The position numbers were made by a program, and so were the translations under genes. Under the pieces are notes generated by a model that saw nothing but the letters and a program-made list of their open reading frames with translations, was not told where the DNA came from and ran no database searches. DNA of 64,000 bases from the human T2T-CHM13v2.0 reference genome, Homo sapiens: the NCBI RefSeq assembly GCF_009914755.1, contig NC_060941.1. One strand, written 5' to 3'. Shown here one piece after another: positions 47,151-61,165 of the stretch (positions within the stretch are counted from its first letter, which is position 1; every line of letters begins with the position of its first letter).

Positions 47151-47747
47151 CAATAGTGCCCTCTTGTCCAGAGGGGATACACACCACAGCCCCCAGTAGA
47201 TTCCTGAAACTATGGATAACACCGAACCCTATATGTACTTATGTCTTTTTTTACACATACATAGGTACCTATGATAAAGTTTAATTTATAAATTACGCAT
47301 AGTAAGATATTCACAACAATAACAATAGTAAAATAGAACAATTATTATAACAATATATTATAGCAAATATAAATGTGGTCTTTTCTCGCAAAATATCTTA
47401 TTGTACTTTATTCATCCTTCTTGATGTGATCTGTTGATCTGATAACTAAGATCACTACTAAGCATATCCAAACGACTAACGGGCATGTAGGGTATACAGC
47501 ATGGATATGCCAGAAGTTACTAACGGCAGGTACAGTATACAGCAGTAGATATGCTGGAAGGGATGATTTACATCCTGAGCAGGATGGCTTGAGATTTTAT
47601 CACACTACTCAGTATGGGGTGTAATTTAAAACTTATGAATTGGTAATTTCTGGGATTTTCCATTTAATATTTTCTGACCGTAGTTAACTGTGGGTAACTG
47701 AAACCATAGAAAGAGAAATCACAGATAAGGGGGTGGGTGGACTCTTG
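47151..47747 (-). mobile_element. MER44B-like (Tigger7) element
   Basis: Homologous to 13618-13960 at both ends but longer; TA at left. Confidence 0.8.
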
Positions 47748-47806
47748 TTTTTAAAATTTTGGTTTCTTATTGTACATTGCTTATATTTAAAACATATATA
47801 TATATA

Positions 47807-48147
<341 letters not shown>

Positions 48148-51100
48148 CTAAACTAACTTATTAGTTCTAATCGATGTTTTTTGTTTTTGTTTTTTAGTAG
48201 ATTCCTTTGAATCTTTTAAGTGGACAATAATGTCTTTTGATAATAGGGAGAGTTTTATTTGTTCCTTTCCAGTATGTATGCTCTTTATTCTTTTTCTCAT
48301 TTTATGGCACTGGCCAGCACTTCTAGTACAATGATGGCTAAGAGTCGGGGGAGTGGTATTCTTGCCTTGTTTCCTGAGCGTTGGCTGGGGGGAAACATTG
48401 CTTTTCACCAATAAATATGATGCTAGCTGTAGATATTTTATGGATGTTCTTTATCAAGTTGAAGTAGTTCCCCTGTATTCCTAGTTTTCTAGTTTTCTTC
48501 AAGTGCTAATTTTTTAAAAAAATACTTTTTCTCTGATCAAGTAATAAGATCATATGAGTTTTCTTCTTTGAACCGTTAGTATGGTAGATTGCATTGAATG
48601 ATTTTCAAATACTAAACTAGTCTAGCATTTCCAGGATAAACCCCACCTACTCATAGTTTGTTGTTCTTTTTCTACATTACTGTATTTTATTTTCTAATAT
48701 TTTGTTGAGGATCTTTGTTTCTATGTACATAAAGGGATTTTGGTGTGTAGTTTTCTTTTTTTGGTAATGTCTTTATCTGGTTTGACATTCGAGTAATTCC
48801 GTCCTCATAAAATGAATTGGGAGTATTTTCTGCTCTTCTGTTTTCTGGAAGAAATTGTAGAATTTGTTATTTCTTTAAATGTTTGGTAGAATTCACCTGT
48901 TTAGTTATTTGGGCTTGGATATTTCTTTTTCATAATTTTTTTTTAAACTATAGACTTTATGTAATAGTTATAGCAATATACAGGTTACTGTTTAATCTTG
49001 AGTGAGTTTCAGTAGTTATTAAGTGTTTACTAAAAAGGTGTATTTAAAAGACCAGGCTGTGCTATAGAATAACTTTATGACCTTGGGAAAGGTACTTTAG
49101 CCTTAACCTCTCTGTCCTTAATTTGTTAATCTGAAAAATCAAAGTTTTAGATTTGTCTTTTTAAAGGTTTCTTCCAATTTTTTAATTCTAGTGGATAAGA
49201 GTGTATGTGTTTGAAGTTTATGTGAAAGGACTGTGACCCTCTGTTTCTTGTTTTATCTGTCGTTTATTGAGTGAGCATTGATTTATTTAGATTCACTTTG
49301 CCTTTTATCAGATAAGTTCCATATTTCCTCCTAATAAATGAATTATTTGTTGATGAAAGGTATGGGAGGAAGGCCTGTTTATGCATTTATACATGATATG
49401 GTATGTAAAAAATTACTTTCATAAGCTATTTATGTGAGAAAATTAAGACATATCGTGTTAGTCTTTAATGTTAAATTTTCTTGAAAAAATTATCAGTTTA
49501 GAATTTTAGAAATGTTAGAAATACATTTCTCTTTTGGTGATTGTCCTTCTGAATCTTCATGATTAAAAAATTCATTTATTTTTGGCTACTTAATAGAGAC
49601 AATGTCTATATAAGTATTTTTTGCAAAATCATCTGGCATACTCTTGTGCATTCTGTCCTTTTGTTGGATTAAAGCAAAGTGAAAGTAGCATACAGATTTA
49701 CTGCTGAAAGAAACATTAAGTTGCAGGCTGCAGCTGGAGGATTTTACGTAGGCACCTGTGGGTTTGAGTGCGTTCAATATACAGACTGCAGTAGGAGGCT
49801 GGCACTGACTCTGCTGACTCCAGTACACTCCTTCACTGCTGTTCTGACAATTTCTCCACTGTCCAGAAGACAAACAAAATGGTGCAGCACGTACAGGGCT
49901 TGGGAAAAAGATAACCGTCAATATGATCCAGAGGTGAGTTTGCTACAGTGAACAGGAGAGAAAATTGTTAACAAGATAAAAGCCTTGGATGTGGTTCAGT
50001 ATGTCAGATGTCTTCAGCTGTTTTAATATTTGATTCTGGCCGGTAAGGATGAAACTGTTGTAGTTCTAAAATCTTCATGCCCTCTATATAAAGAGGTTCA
50101 GGTATATTGCATTTATAGCATTACTAGATGCATGCATGGTAGTTTATAAACATTTATATTTATACTAAACATGTGTAATGTGTGTGTCTATATAGATAGG
50201 TGTTTGTGAAGGTTATATCTATTAATACTGGATTTTTAAAAAGTAAGCACTTTTAGTTTTTATATTTTCTCTGTTGTACATTTGTTGCAGCTCCTGCCAA
50301 TGTCTCTTTCCCTATATTGTTCATTTTATAATAGCAGAAAACATTAGTAGCGCACTCTGTGGTGAGATATGGAAAATCAGTAGAATGAACCTTGGAGTTG
50401 GCACTTCATATTTTATTGATGACTGTAATGCAGTGTGAGTTCGCATTGCACATAGTCTTGATTTAAATGATTACCTCTTTTATGAAAGCAAAATGTTTGT
50501 AAGAACGGCCATGTTGTAGACAGGGAGCATAAAATAAAGGAGAGGAAGTAGGACAAGTAACATTTCTCTGTCCTTGGTTTCTTGAACAATGTTCAGCATT
50601 GACTCAAGGCACTGTCATTTCAGAAGTACAGTATAGAAACAATTGAGCATCAAGCATAGATGAAACATGGAGGCTTAGTTTCCCACCCCCTCCAAAAGAA
50701 GCACTTTACTTATGTACTCACATATTTTCGGTTTCTGTGGCTGTGTTACTGGGTAGCTGTCCAGTTGAGACGAGATGTTTACTTAAGCCACACCCAGCAG
50801 AGTCAGCTTTTAATGTGTTGGGGGCACTATTTTAATCCTGTGCTGATTTGTAACCATCATCTATGGGATGCCTTTGAGTTGTAAAAAGAGGGAAAATACT
50901 AGATTCACAGGTTGCAGCTTACTATGTTTTTGAATATTTGAGTTGCTGTATTAATAGCACAGAAGAGCAGTATTTAAGTTATGCAGCATTTATCTATGGC
51001 AGAGAGAGATAGAGAATATGTGTATGGTTCCATTACAAGTGTAATGCAAGTATTCTGATCATATAGCTAAAAATGCTGCTGGTATATTATTTTAGTTAGT

Positions 51101-53699
51101 GTTGTGGGTAGTAAATTGGAGTATGACATTCAGAGTTCAGATTTTCTTATTTGAGAAAATATTTGTCCAAACATTTTAAATACTTAATTTTTCTGTGCTT
51201 TTAAAAGATTTGCAAAGGATTCAGCCTGAGCTTAGAAATGTATAATGTTTTATTCCATGCTAAAGACATTTTGTATGTGATAAGAATTAACAACTGTATG
51301 GCTGGCTGGCTGCCACTGTGTTGGATTACCTTACCCACCTTACTGTAGACAAAAATAATAAGGATTCAGCACTAATCCTAGTAGTCTCCATAGTACTCAT
51401 ATTGTATATTTTCAGAAACTCCTTTTTTATAGCCAAAGCAAAGTGTTCTCCCCAAAAAGAAAAAAAAATTAAAAACAAATCTCTCATTTGTACTATATTT
51501 CTTTGATTTTATCGAATAACACAAAAGAGTAATGTGAGATTTTTTATGTCAAGTTTAGTGACAGTAACTAACTACAGATTGAAATATACTATATTATTGA
51601 AATGTTTCATGGATCTAAAATGTTATATAATCCTGATGGAATGTTGCAGATGAAACAAAGAAATCTGATTGGTTCCTCACAAGATACAGCAGCCTCGAAA
51701 TCCATTCTAACTAGAGGCTTCTACAGCAGCCTGGGTGGTTAGTATCACATAAAAACAAAAATGCCTCGGAGATGGGAAGGGGTTTGGAAGAGAAAATGAA
51801 GTCGCTAAAGCACTTCAGTAATCTTAATCATTGAACATTTTTTTTCAGCTTCTCTTTTTATTTTTATTTTTTGCTTTGCTTGTTGTTGCTTAAAGGGAGT
51901 GTTATATTCAATCGAGTTAATGAACTTTCTAAGTAGTATTCTGTAATGAACTAGAAGAGTCTCTCTAAAAAGAGTTTTATGTTAACTGATAGACTGGGTT
52001 AATGAATAACATAATTTCAGAACACTTATGAAATATGAATGAGTGGGACTTGTTGGGGGAAGGAGATGGATGAGATGGAAAAGAGCTCTGAAGAGCAGGA
52101 CACTCATAGTAACTCTTTGGTCCCACCCTTTCCCATCATATTAAAATTGCATTAGATAATTTGTCATCTAAGACTTTAGTGATGCTTGGTGAGGGCACAT
52201 TGTTATTGACACGCAAACAGCAGGATGCTGCAAGTCAGAACAGGTGGAAAATTGTTTGCTGTCTGCTAGCTATTAGAAATACCCTTGAGATGTGAGAATA
52301 ATGTATGTTAGCTTTTACGTATTTATTATTCTTGGCTAGATAGTCTGCTGGAATATAGTTGCAAATTATAGTACCAAATATTCAACCCTTCTGTGCGTTT
52401 ACAGAAAATATTTAAAATATGCCTGTAGTTTATTCTACTAAAATTTGAAAATTCTTATATTTAAATGGTAATAGGTCAAATTCAGTTATAGGATCTGGGG
52501 GAGGGAAAGTTACTGTGAGCAGGAATGAGCATTTACATTAAAAGAATGAATAATATTGAAAGGAAGTAAAGCATCATAAAATAAAGCATATTAAAGAAAA
52601 TATATATAGATATGTCCTGATAAAAGTCAACTATATTTTGTAGTTTCTGTTCTGTGCTTATTTTCTAAATTATCCAATATGCTAATAGAGTCAGGCTGAA
52701 GGCAGCTGGCTGCAAGTGTTACAAGCTGAAAACAAAATGGCTGGCAAGGATTACTACTGTAAATTTGCAATAGAGAGCTGGATGCATTTAAGATATCTTT
52801 TGTTGAAAGAGTGTTAAAAAGTAAGATGATGAGGGAATGACTGTTGTATAAGCTGTTTTTGACAATAAACATTGTATTAAAAAATACTCGATTACAGCAT
52901 GAAAACAAAAGGCTTTACATTCATTTTCAACTAAGCAATAAAAAACTCTTGTTAGTATTTATTTAGCCATCATTGTCTTTGTAATTTTAAGACCTAAGTA
53001 GTTTCTGAGGGTATTGTTTATGAATCGTTCAGATTCACAGTGTGGTTAAGGGTAGAAGAAATTAACAGTGAAGAATTTGTTACATTCTTGGAATGGGGAG
53101 GTGGAATTGAGAGCTAAGTTTCTGGGAGTTTTATATATTTTTTAATCTTCTAGACTAGCCTACATTAAGGATGGAAGACATAGAGTAACTGGAAAACTTA
53201 GAGATAAAAATGAAAATATAGTTTACAAAGTAACAACATCCATAGATCTGTATTTTATTTTTTTCTATTGAAGACCTGTTCATAAAACTATTTGTATTTT
53301 AGAAAAGACTTTTCTTTGTATAACCATAACCTATTTCAATTGATTTTTAGCAATTGTTGAAAGATTACATGACATGAAAATTGTTGATAGGCTTGGTTAG
53401 ATTGAGAAATAGCTTCAGCAATTAATTAGTTAAGTAGATTGAAGACAGCACATACATTCACGTATCTTGTCTCTCACATTGTAAAGTCTATGTACTTTAA
53501 GAGGGCAAAAGTGTAAATATGTTATTGCCACTTCTCTAGCACATAGTATAATGCCCCATCACTTAATGGGTTCTCAGTAATTGATGTACAGATAATAATC
53601 ACAAACATGTTTGATTAGTATTCACACACACATATACGCATATAAACCCATACATAATTATAAACCCATATACATACATATATAAACCCATACATAATG

Positions 53700-53870
53700 A
53701 TGCTGATTTAATTTTCACAACCTTGTGGAATAAATTCTATCATTTTACTCATTTAACAGATGAAAAAACTGAGGCAGAGAGCAAGAAGTTAAGTGACTTG
53801 ACCAAAGTCATATAGTAAATGGTGGAGTCGGGACTTGTACTCATGTACTTTGAACTCTTTCATCATCTTT
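53700..53870 (-). mobile_element. MIR SINE
   Basis: catttaacagatgaaaaaactgaggcagagag...gttaagtgacttgaccaaagtca MIR core. Confidence 0.85.
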
Positions 53871-54589
53871 TCCTCTAGTAATTGAAGATTAAGCTGTATT
53901 AGCATTCAACAGTATCTTTAGCCCTCAGAAGCATACATTATATGTATATTCTGGCAGAAACTGCAAAGCAGAGAAAACTTTTCTGCTACATCTTTCAAAA
54001 TTGCTTTAACTGATGTTTTGTTTTCTAAAATCCCTTTTCAATCATTTAGATGTAGCTGATGGCCATTATCATCATCAGCTAATGCAGATGTACAGTTCTG
54101 AAAGCAATTTAAAAGCCCATAGCAGGTATATACAGGAAGCAGTTGGAAAAATATATTAAGTTTTCTGTACTCCCCAAAATGGCTGCCAACATCTATCAGT
54201 CATCAAGCCCAGTTGATTAAAACTTCTGTGTATTTCTGAACTTTGTCTTCTCTTTACTTCTTCATTCTCATTTCTTCAGAATCTCATGTCACTTAAATTA
54301 TTGTGTCTCCAATCTCAGTACCCTTTAGTTCATTCTCTATTTTGCGTTAAGAATGAATTTTCTTAAATGTTCATCTGATTTTTCTAATATGTGCATTCCA
54401 TTAGTTCTCCAAATAAAACATGGCTTGGTTTTTTACTGGTTCTCTTTGCTGTAACTGTATCCTAACACAGATGCACACAGATATAGATAATATATAGACC
54501 AGACAGATTTAGAATTTGATTTTAAAAGATTAATGTTTGAATCTCCTTTATCAGAGATGAAGATTATCAGTATAAATGTATCCATGAAC

Positions 54590-56050
54590 GATTTTTGTTT
54601 AGTATTGTGTGTTTTAAAATATAATAGGTGGTATCATTTCCTCTATGTCATTCTGCAACTTGCTTTTTTGCTCTTGTTAGAAACTTAGTTTGTTTCTTTT
54701 ATGTATTGTACAGTATGTTTCTTTTATGTATTGTATAGTATTCTATTTTATGAGCCCATTTCTTCCATCCATTTCCCTCCTAATATGAATTTGAATTTTC
54801 TGGTCTTTTTTGTGTGTGTGATCATAAATAATGTTCCAGTGAATATCCTTACCCACACATTAGTTTTTCTAGGAGCTATACCTAGAAATGGACTTGCAAA
54901 TGTAGGTTATTTGCATTATCACTTTTACTACATGATTTCATTACTTTGTCACTTTACCAATTTATATTCTTAGAAGTGTCTGAGAGTTTTTTCTTTTTCC
55001 TATCCAGTAGTCATATGGTCAGATTTCTTCCTTTTTCTCAGTCTGGTAGGAGAAAGGTAATGTCCTAGTGATTTAATTTGTTTCCTTAATTTATAGTGAG
55101 GTTGAACATCTTTTCATATGTTTTATAGGCCTTTAGAGTTCCTCATTTGTTAATAACCTCTTTATATCCTTTATGCATTTTTCTGTTGGATTATTTGTCT
55201 TTTTCTTATTGATTTATAGGAATTCTTTATGGATTCTGGGCAGGTTCAGCAAACTGTAGCCCATGGGCCAAATCCAGCCTGTGTGGCCTGTGAGCTAAGG
55301 ATGGTTTTCCCATTTATTTTCCAATCATTCCGAAAAAAAATTAAAGGAGAATAAAATGTTGCAACCTATCAACATTACAAAAAATTCAAATCTCAGTGTT
55401 CTTGAATAGTTTTAGTGAGATACAGACGCACTCATTTATTTACATATTGTCTGTGCCTGCTTTTGCACCACAATGGCAGAGTTGAGTAGTCGTGACAGGG
55501 AGCATATGCTCTGCAAAGCCTAAAATATTTACTTTCTTTATAGAAAAAGTTTGCAGACCCATGTTTTAGATTGATCCTTAGCCTGTGACATTTATAACAG
55601 GTATCTTCTGTCAGTCTGTACACTGTCTTAAAACGTTCCCTTTGGTTTTAGGACGGAAACTCCAAACTTCTGTTAAATAGAAGTTTAAAATTTCAATTTA
55701 TTCAAATCTATCATTCTTTTTTATACTACGTGTTATTTCAGGAATCTTTCTTTACTCAGAGACTACAAATATATTCTTCTATATTTGAAATAGTTTTGAA
55801 GTTTTGTTTTTCACTTCGATATTTTTAATACATTTGGATTTTTTTCCTTTTTTCTTATTGTTTTGGTAAGGGGATTATGGTATGAGAAAAGGGTCTAATC
55901 TTTTTTTCTCATGTGGAGAAAGCCAATTTTCCCCACCATATTTGTTGTTGAATACCCTTTTCTTACATCCAGTGATTTATCATCCCAGCTTTCTCATGTA
56001 CTAAGAATCTGTTATATTTGCATATGAGTCTTTTCTGGGTTCTTTTATTC
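54590..56050 (-). mobile_element. Degraded L1ME fragment
   Basis: tagtgaggttgaacatcttttcatatgttt, ggattatttgtctttttcttattgattt. Confidence 0.7.
55241..55563 (-). mobile_element. MER58B (hAT-Charlie) element
   Basis: cagg..cagcaaactgtagcccatgggccaaatccagcc ... tttatagaaaaagtttgcagaccc termini. Confidence 0.85.
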
Positions 56051-56074
56051 AGTTCTTTCCATATTCTTTTTATT

Positions 56075-56214
56075 TAAAAAAATTATTTTTAAAAAGTAGA
56101 GATGGGTGTCTCACTATATTGCCTAGGCTGGTCTTGAACTCCTGGGCTCAAGTGATCTTCCCACATTAGCCTTCCAAGTAGCTGGGACTGTAGGCACACA
56201 TCATCATGCCTGGC
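56075..56214 (-). mobile_element. FLAM/AluJ monomer
   Basis: ctcactatattgcctaggctggtcttgaactcctgggctcaag. Confidence 0.8.
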
Positions 56215-56339
56215 TTCTCTCTTTATTCTTTGATTAAATATTTCTATATTCTATTTGGTCATAATGATTCTCATTATCCAACTACTTAATCATTGTATTC
56301 ACTTTTCCTAGTTCCTTGGGAGAAAAATACAAAATGTAA

Positions 56340-56958
<619 letters not shown>

Positions 56959-57989
56959 TAATCAAGTAATATAGTACAGATTAAGTACCCACAAGTGCAT
57001 GGTATTATGCTAAGTACTTTAAAAAACATTTATGCATAACCAGTAAAGACAAAATATTATTTAGGCATAATGGGATGAATAAAGTATAATTTATTTGAAA
57101 AAACAAATTTGAGGAATATTTACATAATATATGATTATTTGACTTTGTATTACTTTGATTTTCCAGTGAGTGTCTATATATTTGAATTTACTTATCAGTC
57201 AAAACAGAAAGAGGTTGTGTTTTTTTCTTGGAAGTGAAATGGAGAGGGGGAGATCTGATTTTTAGTCTATCAGTAGCTGTCTCTCTATATAGGGAGTAAG
57301 AGGTTTCTTGTGAACCATGTGACATAAAAATAGCCTATTACTAATATCTTTTGAAATTTTTATATCTTCATATACGAAGGCAGGGATTTTAGGTGAAAAC
57401 TGTTTTATCCCCACTCCTTAGGTATACAGTAGTTGTTTTTCAGGTGTCTGCTTTAGACATCTGAAGGTAGAGATCAGAAACTGAAAGAAAGCCAATATTA
57501 GAAAAACAAAAGTAGATCCAATTAGAAATGAAGCTGGAAAAGTAGAACCTTATAGATCGTGTTCAATTTTATATCTTCTGACGGGAGAACATTTAAACAT
57601 TCTAAGTATAAAGTGAGGTAACTGTTAGATTTGCATTTCTAAATGATTACTCAGTTATTTGTGGATATATGTTGAGAAGAGAATGGATATAGGAGTGGAT
57701 GCAGGTTGGAGATGGAGACAAGTGGATGGATTCAAGAGACATTTAGGAGAGAAAATCAGTAATATTTGATGATGAATTCATTGAGATGGGGAGCTCTGAT
57801 GGAGAGTATCAGGTTTGAAGGGATGAAAGGAAGTTTAGAATTTCATGTTTCGATACTTTGAGTTTGAGGTATATTTGAGACATCCAAGTGGGTATTTCAA
57901 AAAGGCAGTTGTTATATAGACAGACTTTTCCAATTTATATACAAATAAATGAATAGGGGCTCCCTAGTAGAATAATGGATTTAAAAGTA

Positions 57990-58539
57990 TGTAGAGGAAG
58001 AAAAATATCTTTTCTTCATTCATCACTAGGTTCATGACGGAGACCCCTAAAACAAAAGACAGATTTGTTAACAATAAAAAAAGCATACAAATTTACTTAA
58101 TGAATTTTATGTGGCAACTGAAGCCTTCATAAGGAAATGAAGACCTGAAGAAACGGGTAAATCTGTGTATTTTTAATGTTAGATTTGATGAATAAGTGGA
58201 TAGCTGTGAAGAAGTGTGATTGGATAAAAAAGTGGAATTTTATGGTAGTAAACTGGGGTTGGGGTGTGGGAGTCCTTAGCAAGACTTTTTATCAGGATTC
58301 TTTTCTGTATCCCTCTGTCTTCAGAGATAAAGGCGTTTCTTTACCCCAGGTATAGGTAGGACACCTCTTGAATGAGGGTCTTATGACCTGCTTTAGGAGA
58401 AGATTAAAAAATCCTTTCTAGGTTTTAGGAGTCTGCTTTAGGAAGAAGTGTGAGGGGAGGATGAGAGTGATCTTTCTGCTTCTGTTCTGTTAAATGCCAA
58501 GGTACCATATTTTGAGGTATCATGTCCTGAACTCCATCA
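57990..58539 (-). mobile_element. MER34-family (ERV1) solo LTR
   Basis: acaaaagacagatt..aaagcatacaaattt, aggaaatgaagacctgaagaa, atgagggtcttatgacctgcttt. Confidence 0.75.
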
Positions 58540-58716
58540 AGTAAAACATAAATATTTGGGTTGAGTATTGAGAATTATTGCAGAACTCCAGTTTGAGAAC
58601 ACCTTATTTGTTTTTTGGAAAAACAAAAAGGGTTAGACAATTTCACTTCTGACTGTTCATGTTTCCCTCCATCTAGCTCTAGACCTGGAATTAATGAGGT
58701 GCTAAGTAGGGTAGTT

Positions 58717-59233
58717 ATACATTTAAGTCTTTAATCCATCTTGATTTGATTTTTGTATATGGTGTAAGGAAGGGATCCAGTTTCAGTCTTCTTCATACGG
58801 CTAGCCAGTTATCCCAGTACCATTTGTTGAATAGGGAGTCCTTTCACCATTGCTTGTTTTTGTAAGCTTTGTTGAAGATCAGATGGTTGTATGTGTGCGG
58901 CCTTATTTCTGGGCTCTATATTTTGCTCCGTTGGAGCTGGAGGCCATTATCCTCAGCAAACTGATGCAGGAACAGAAAACCAAGTACTACATGTTCTCTC
59001 TTATAAATGGGAAATAAATGATGAGTACACATGGAGACAAAGAGGGGAACAACAGACAGACACTAGGGCCTACTTGAGGGTGAAGGGTGGGAGGAGGGAG
59101 AGGATCAGAAAAAATAACTATTGAGTACTAGCCTTGGTTCCTGCATGATGAAATAATCTGTACAGGAAACCCCTGTGATACAAGTTTACCTGTGTAGCAA
59201 ACCTCACAGGTACATCTAAACCTAAAATAAAAG
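58717..59233. mobile_element. L1 with 5' inversion (antisense ORF2 piece ~58717-58930 joined to sense 3' end ~58931-59233)
   Basis: Orientation switches at ...ttttgctccg|ttggagctggaggccattatcc. Confidence 0.85.
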
Positions 59234-59409
59234 ATAAGGAGAGTAAGTCAGATTTTAAATTTAGCCCTTAGTAAAACGGAATATTATTTCTCCTTCCCAA
59301 CCCTCCATCTTCTGTTCTCTTAATGGTATTATAATCAAGCAAGTGAAATTCCCAAATTCCCAAAGAATTCTGAGGCATCCAGAATTCCCTTCTTTCTCTT
59401 GTTTTACTT

Positions 59410-61165
59410 ATGCAAATTAATTAATTCAACAGCTATTTTTTGAGTACCTTCTATGTGTCAGATACTATTCTAGGCATGGCTAATAAAGCATTGAATATAA
59501 AATTATTTGTCCTCATGGAATTTATATTCTAGTGGGTGAAGATGACCAGAATTAAGATGAATAGGTAAAACATAGAATATATTAGTGATAAGTACTAGGT
59601 AGAAAAATAAAGCAAGGAAGAAGTAAAAAATGTGTATCTGTGTGAATATGGTGGTGGTGGGGTACCATTTTAGAGTGATGAGGGAAGGCATGATTGGGGG
59701 GACAGTTATGTATCTACCCAAAGGAGATGCAGGACAAGCCATGCGGACATCTGGGAGAGAAGTATTTCAGGCAGAGGCCTTGATATGAGTATATTCTTAG
59801 AGTGTTTAAAGTACAATGAGGAGAGCCAGCATGCTTCAGAAAAGTCAGAGAGCAAGAGTGGTAGGAGATGAGGTCAGAGAGGTAATAGGGGCCAGGTAAT
59901 GTAGAGCTTTGATCTAAAGACTTTGACTTTTACTTACAATGAGAAACCTTTGGAGGGTTTTGAGGAGAAGAGTTTAATGATCTATTTTGTGTTTTAACAG
60001 AACCATTCTGGTTGCAGTATTGAGAATAGATTGAAGCTGGGCTGGGATGGAAGCAGAGAAACCAGGTTAGTCATGAGGGTGGCTGGGACTCAGGGTGGTG
60101 GTAGCAGAGGGTGAGAAGTAGTTTGGGTATATCATGAATAGCTGACAGCATTTACTGTTGGATTGTATGTGCAGTGGGAGAGAAAAAGAGGACTTAAGGA
60201 TGACTCCACGGTTTTTGGCTTATACAACCAAAAGAAAGGAGTTGCTGTTTACAGAGATGAGGAAGACTGTGAGAGGAGCAGGTTCCTGGAGGACTATTAG
60301 GACATGTTAAATTTTGAGATACCTGTGTGATATAAAAGTGGAAATGAGGCTGGGCACAGTGGCTCACACATGTAATCCTAGCACTTGGGGAGGCTGAGTT
60401 GTGTGGACCACTTCAGCCCAGGAGTTTGAGACCAGCCTGTGTAACATAACAAGACCCCATCTTAAAGGGGCCTTAAGCATAACCTCCAAAATAAAAATTA
60501 GCCAGGCCTGGTGGTGCACGCCTACTCAGGAGGCTGAGGTGGATAGATCTCTTGAGCCTGGAAAATTGAGGCTTCAGTGAGCCGTGATCATGCCCCAGCA
60601 CTTCAGCCTGGGCAACAGAGCAAGACCCTGTTTCAAGAAAAAAAAAAAAAAAAGAAAGAAAGTGGAAATATAGGGTAGGCAACTCCATAAATATGAACTT
60701 CATGGATGAGGTCCAGGTTAGAGATATAAATTTGGGAACCATCAGCATGATAAAACATAAAACCATGAGTCTATTTGAGCTAACCAATGGAATATATATG
60801 GCAAATAATACAGATTAAAAAGTGAGCCCTGGGGCAGTCTATCATGTAGAGACTGGGGAGATGAGAAACAATAAGCCAAGGAGACAGAAGGAGCCCTAGA
60901 GACAGGAGCAAAACCAGGCAAGTGTGACATCTTGGATATCAAGTGAAGAGAAGACTTCAAGAAAGAAACATTAACTGCATCAAATGTTGATAAATCAAAA
61001 AATAAAACTGAGAACTGACTGTTGGACTTAACAATGGACTTTATAAGAGATTTTGGTAATTGTGGATTATCTGGAATGATAGGGACAAAAGTCTTATGGG
61101 AGTGGATTTAAGGAAGAAAGGAAAAATAAATTGATGGCAGCGATTAAAATGACTCTTTCAAATGA
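59410..61165 (-). mobile_element. L2 (L2a-type) long fragment
   Basis: ttcaacagctattttttgagtaccttctatgtgtcag 3' end; ggtaggagatgaggtcagagagg, aggatgactccacggtttttgg. Confidence 0.8.
60348..60658 (+). mobile_element. AluJ element nested in L2
   Basis: Dimer with A tail; TSD aaagtggaaat. Confidence 0.9.

Noticed and set aside
49679-49951. 90-aa ORF as a standalone gene or in-frame TANC2 exon
   Set aside because: Starts at GTG, and its frame meets the donor in phase 0, incompatible with the phase-1 TANC2 junction.
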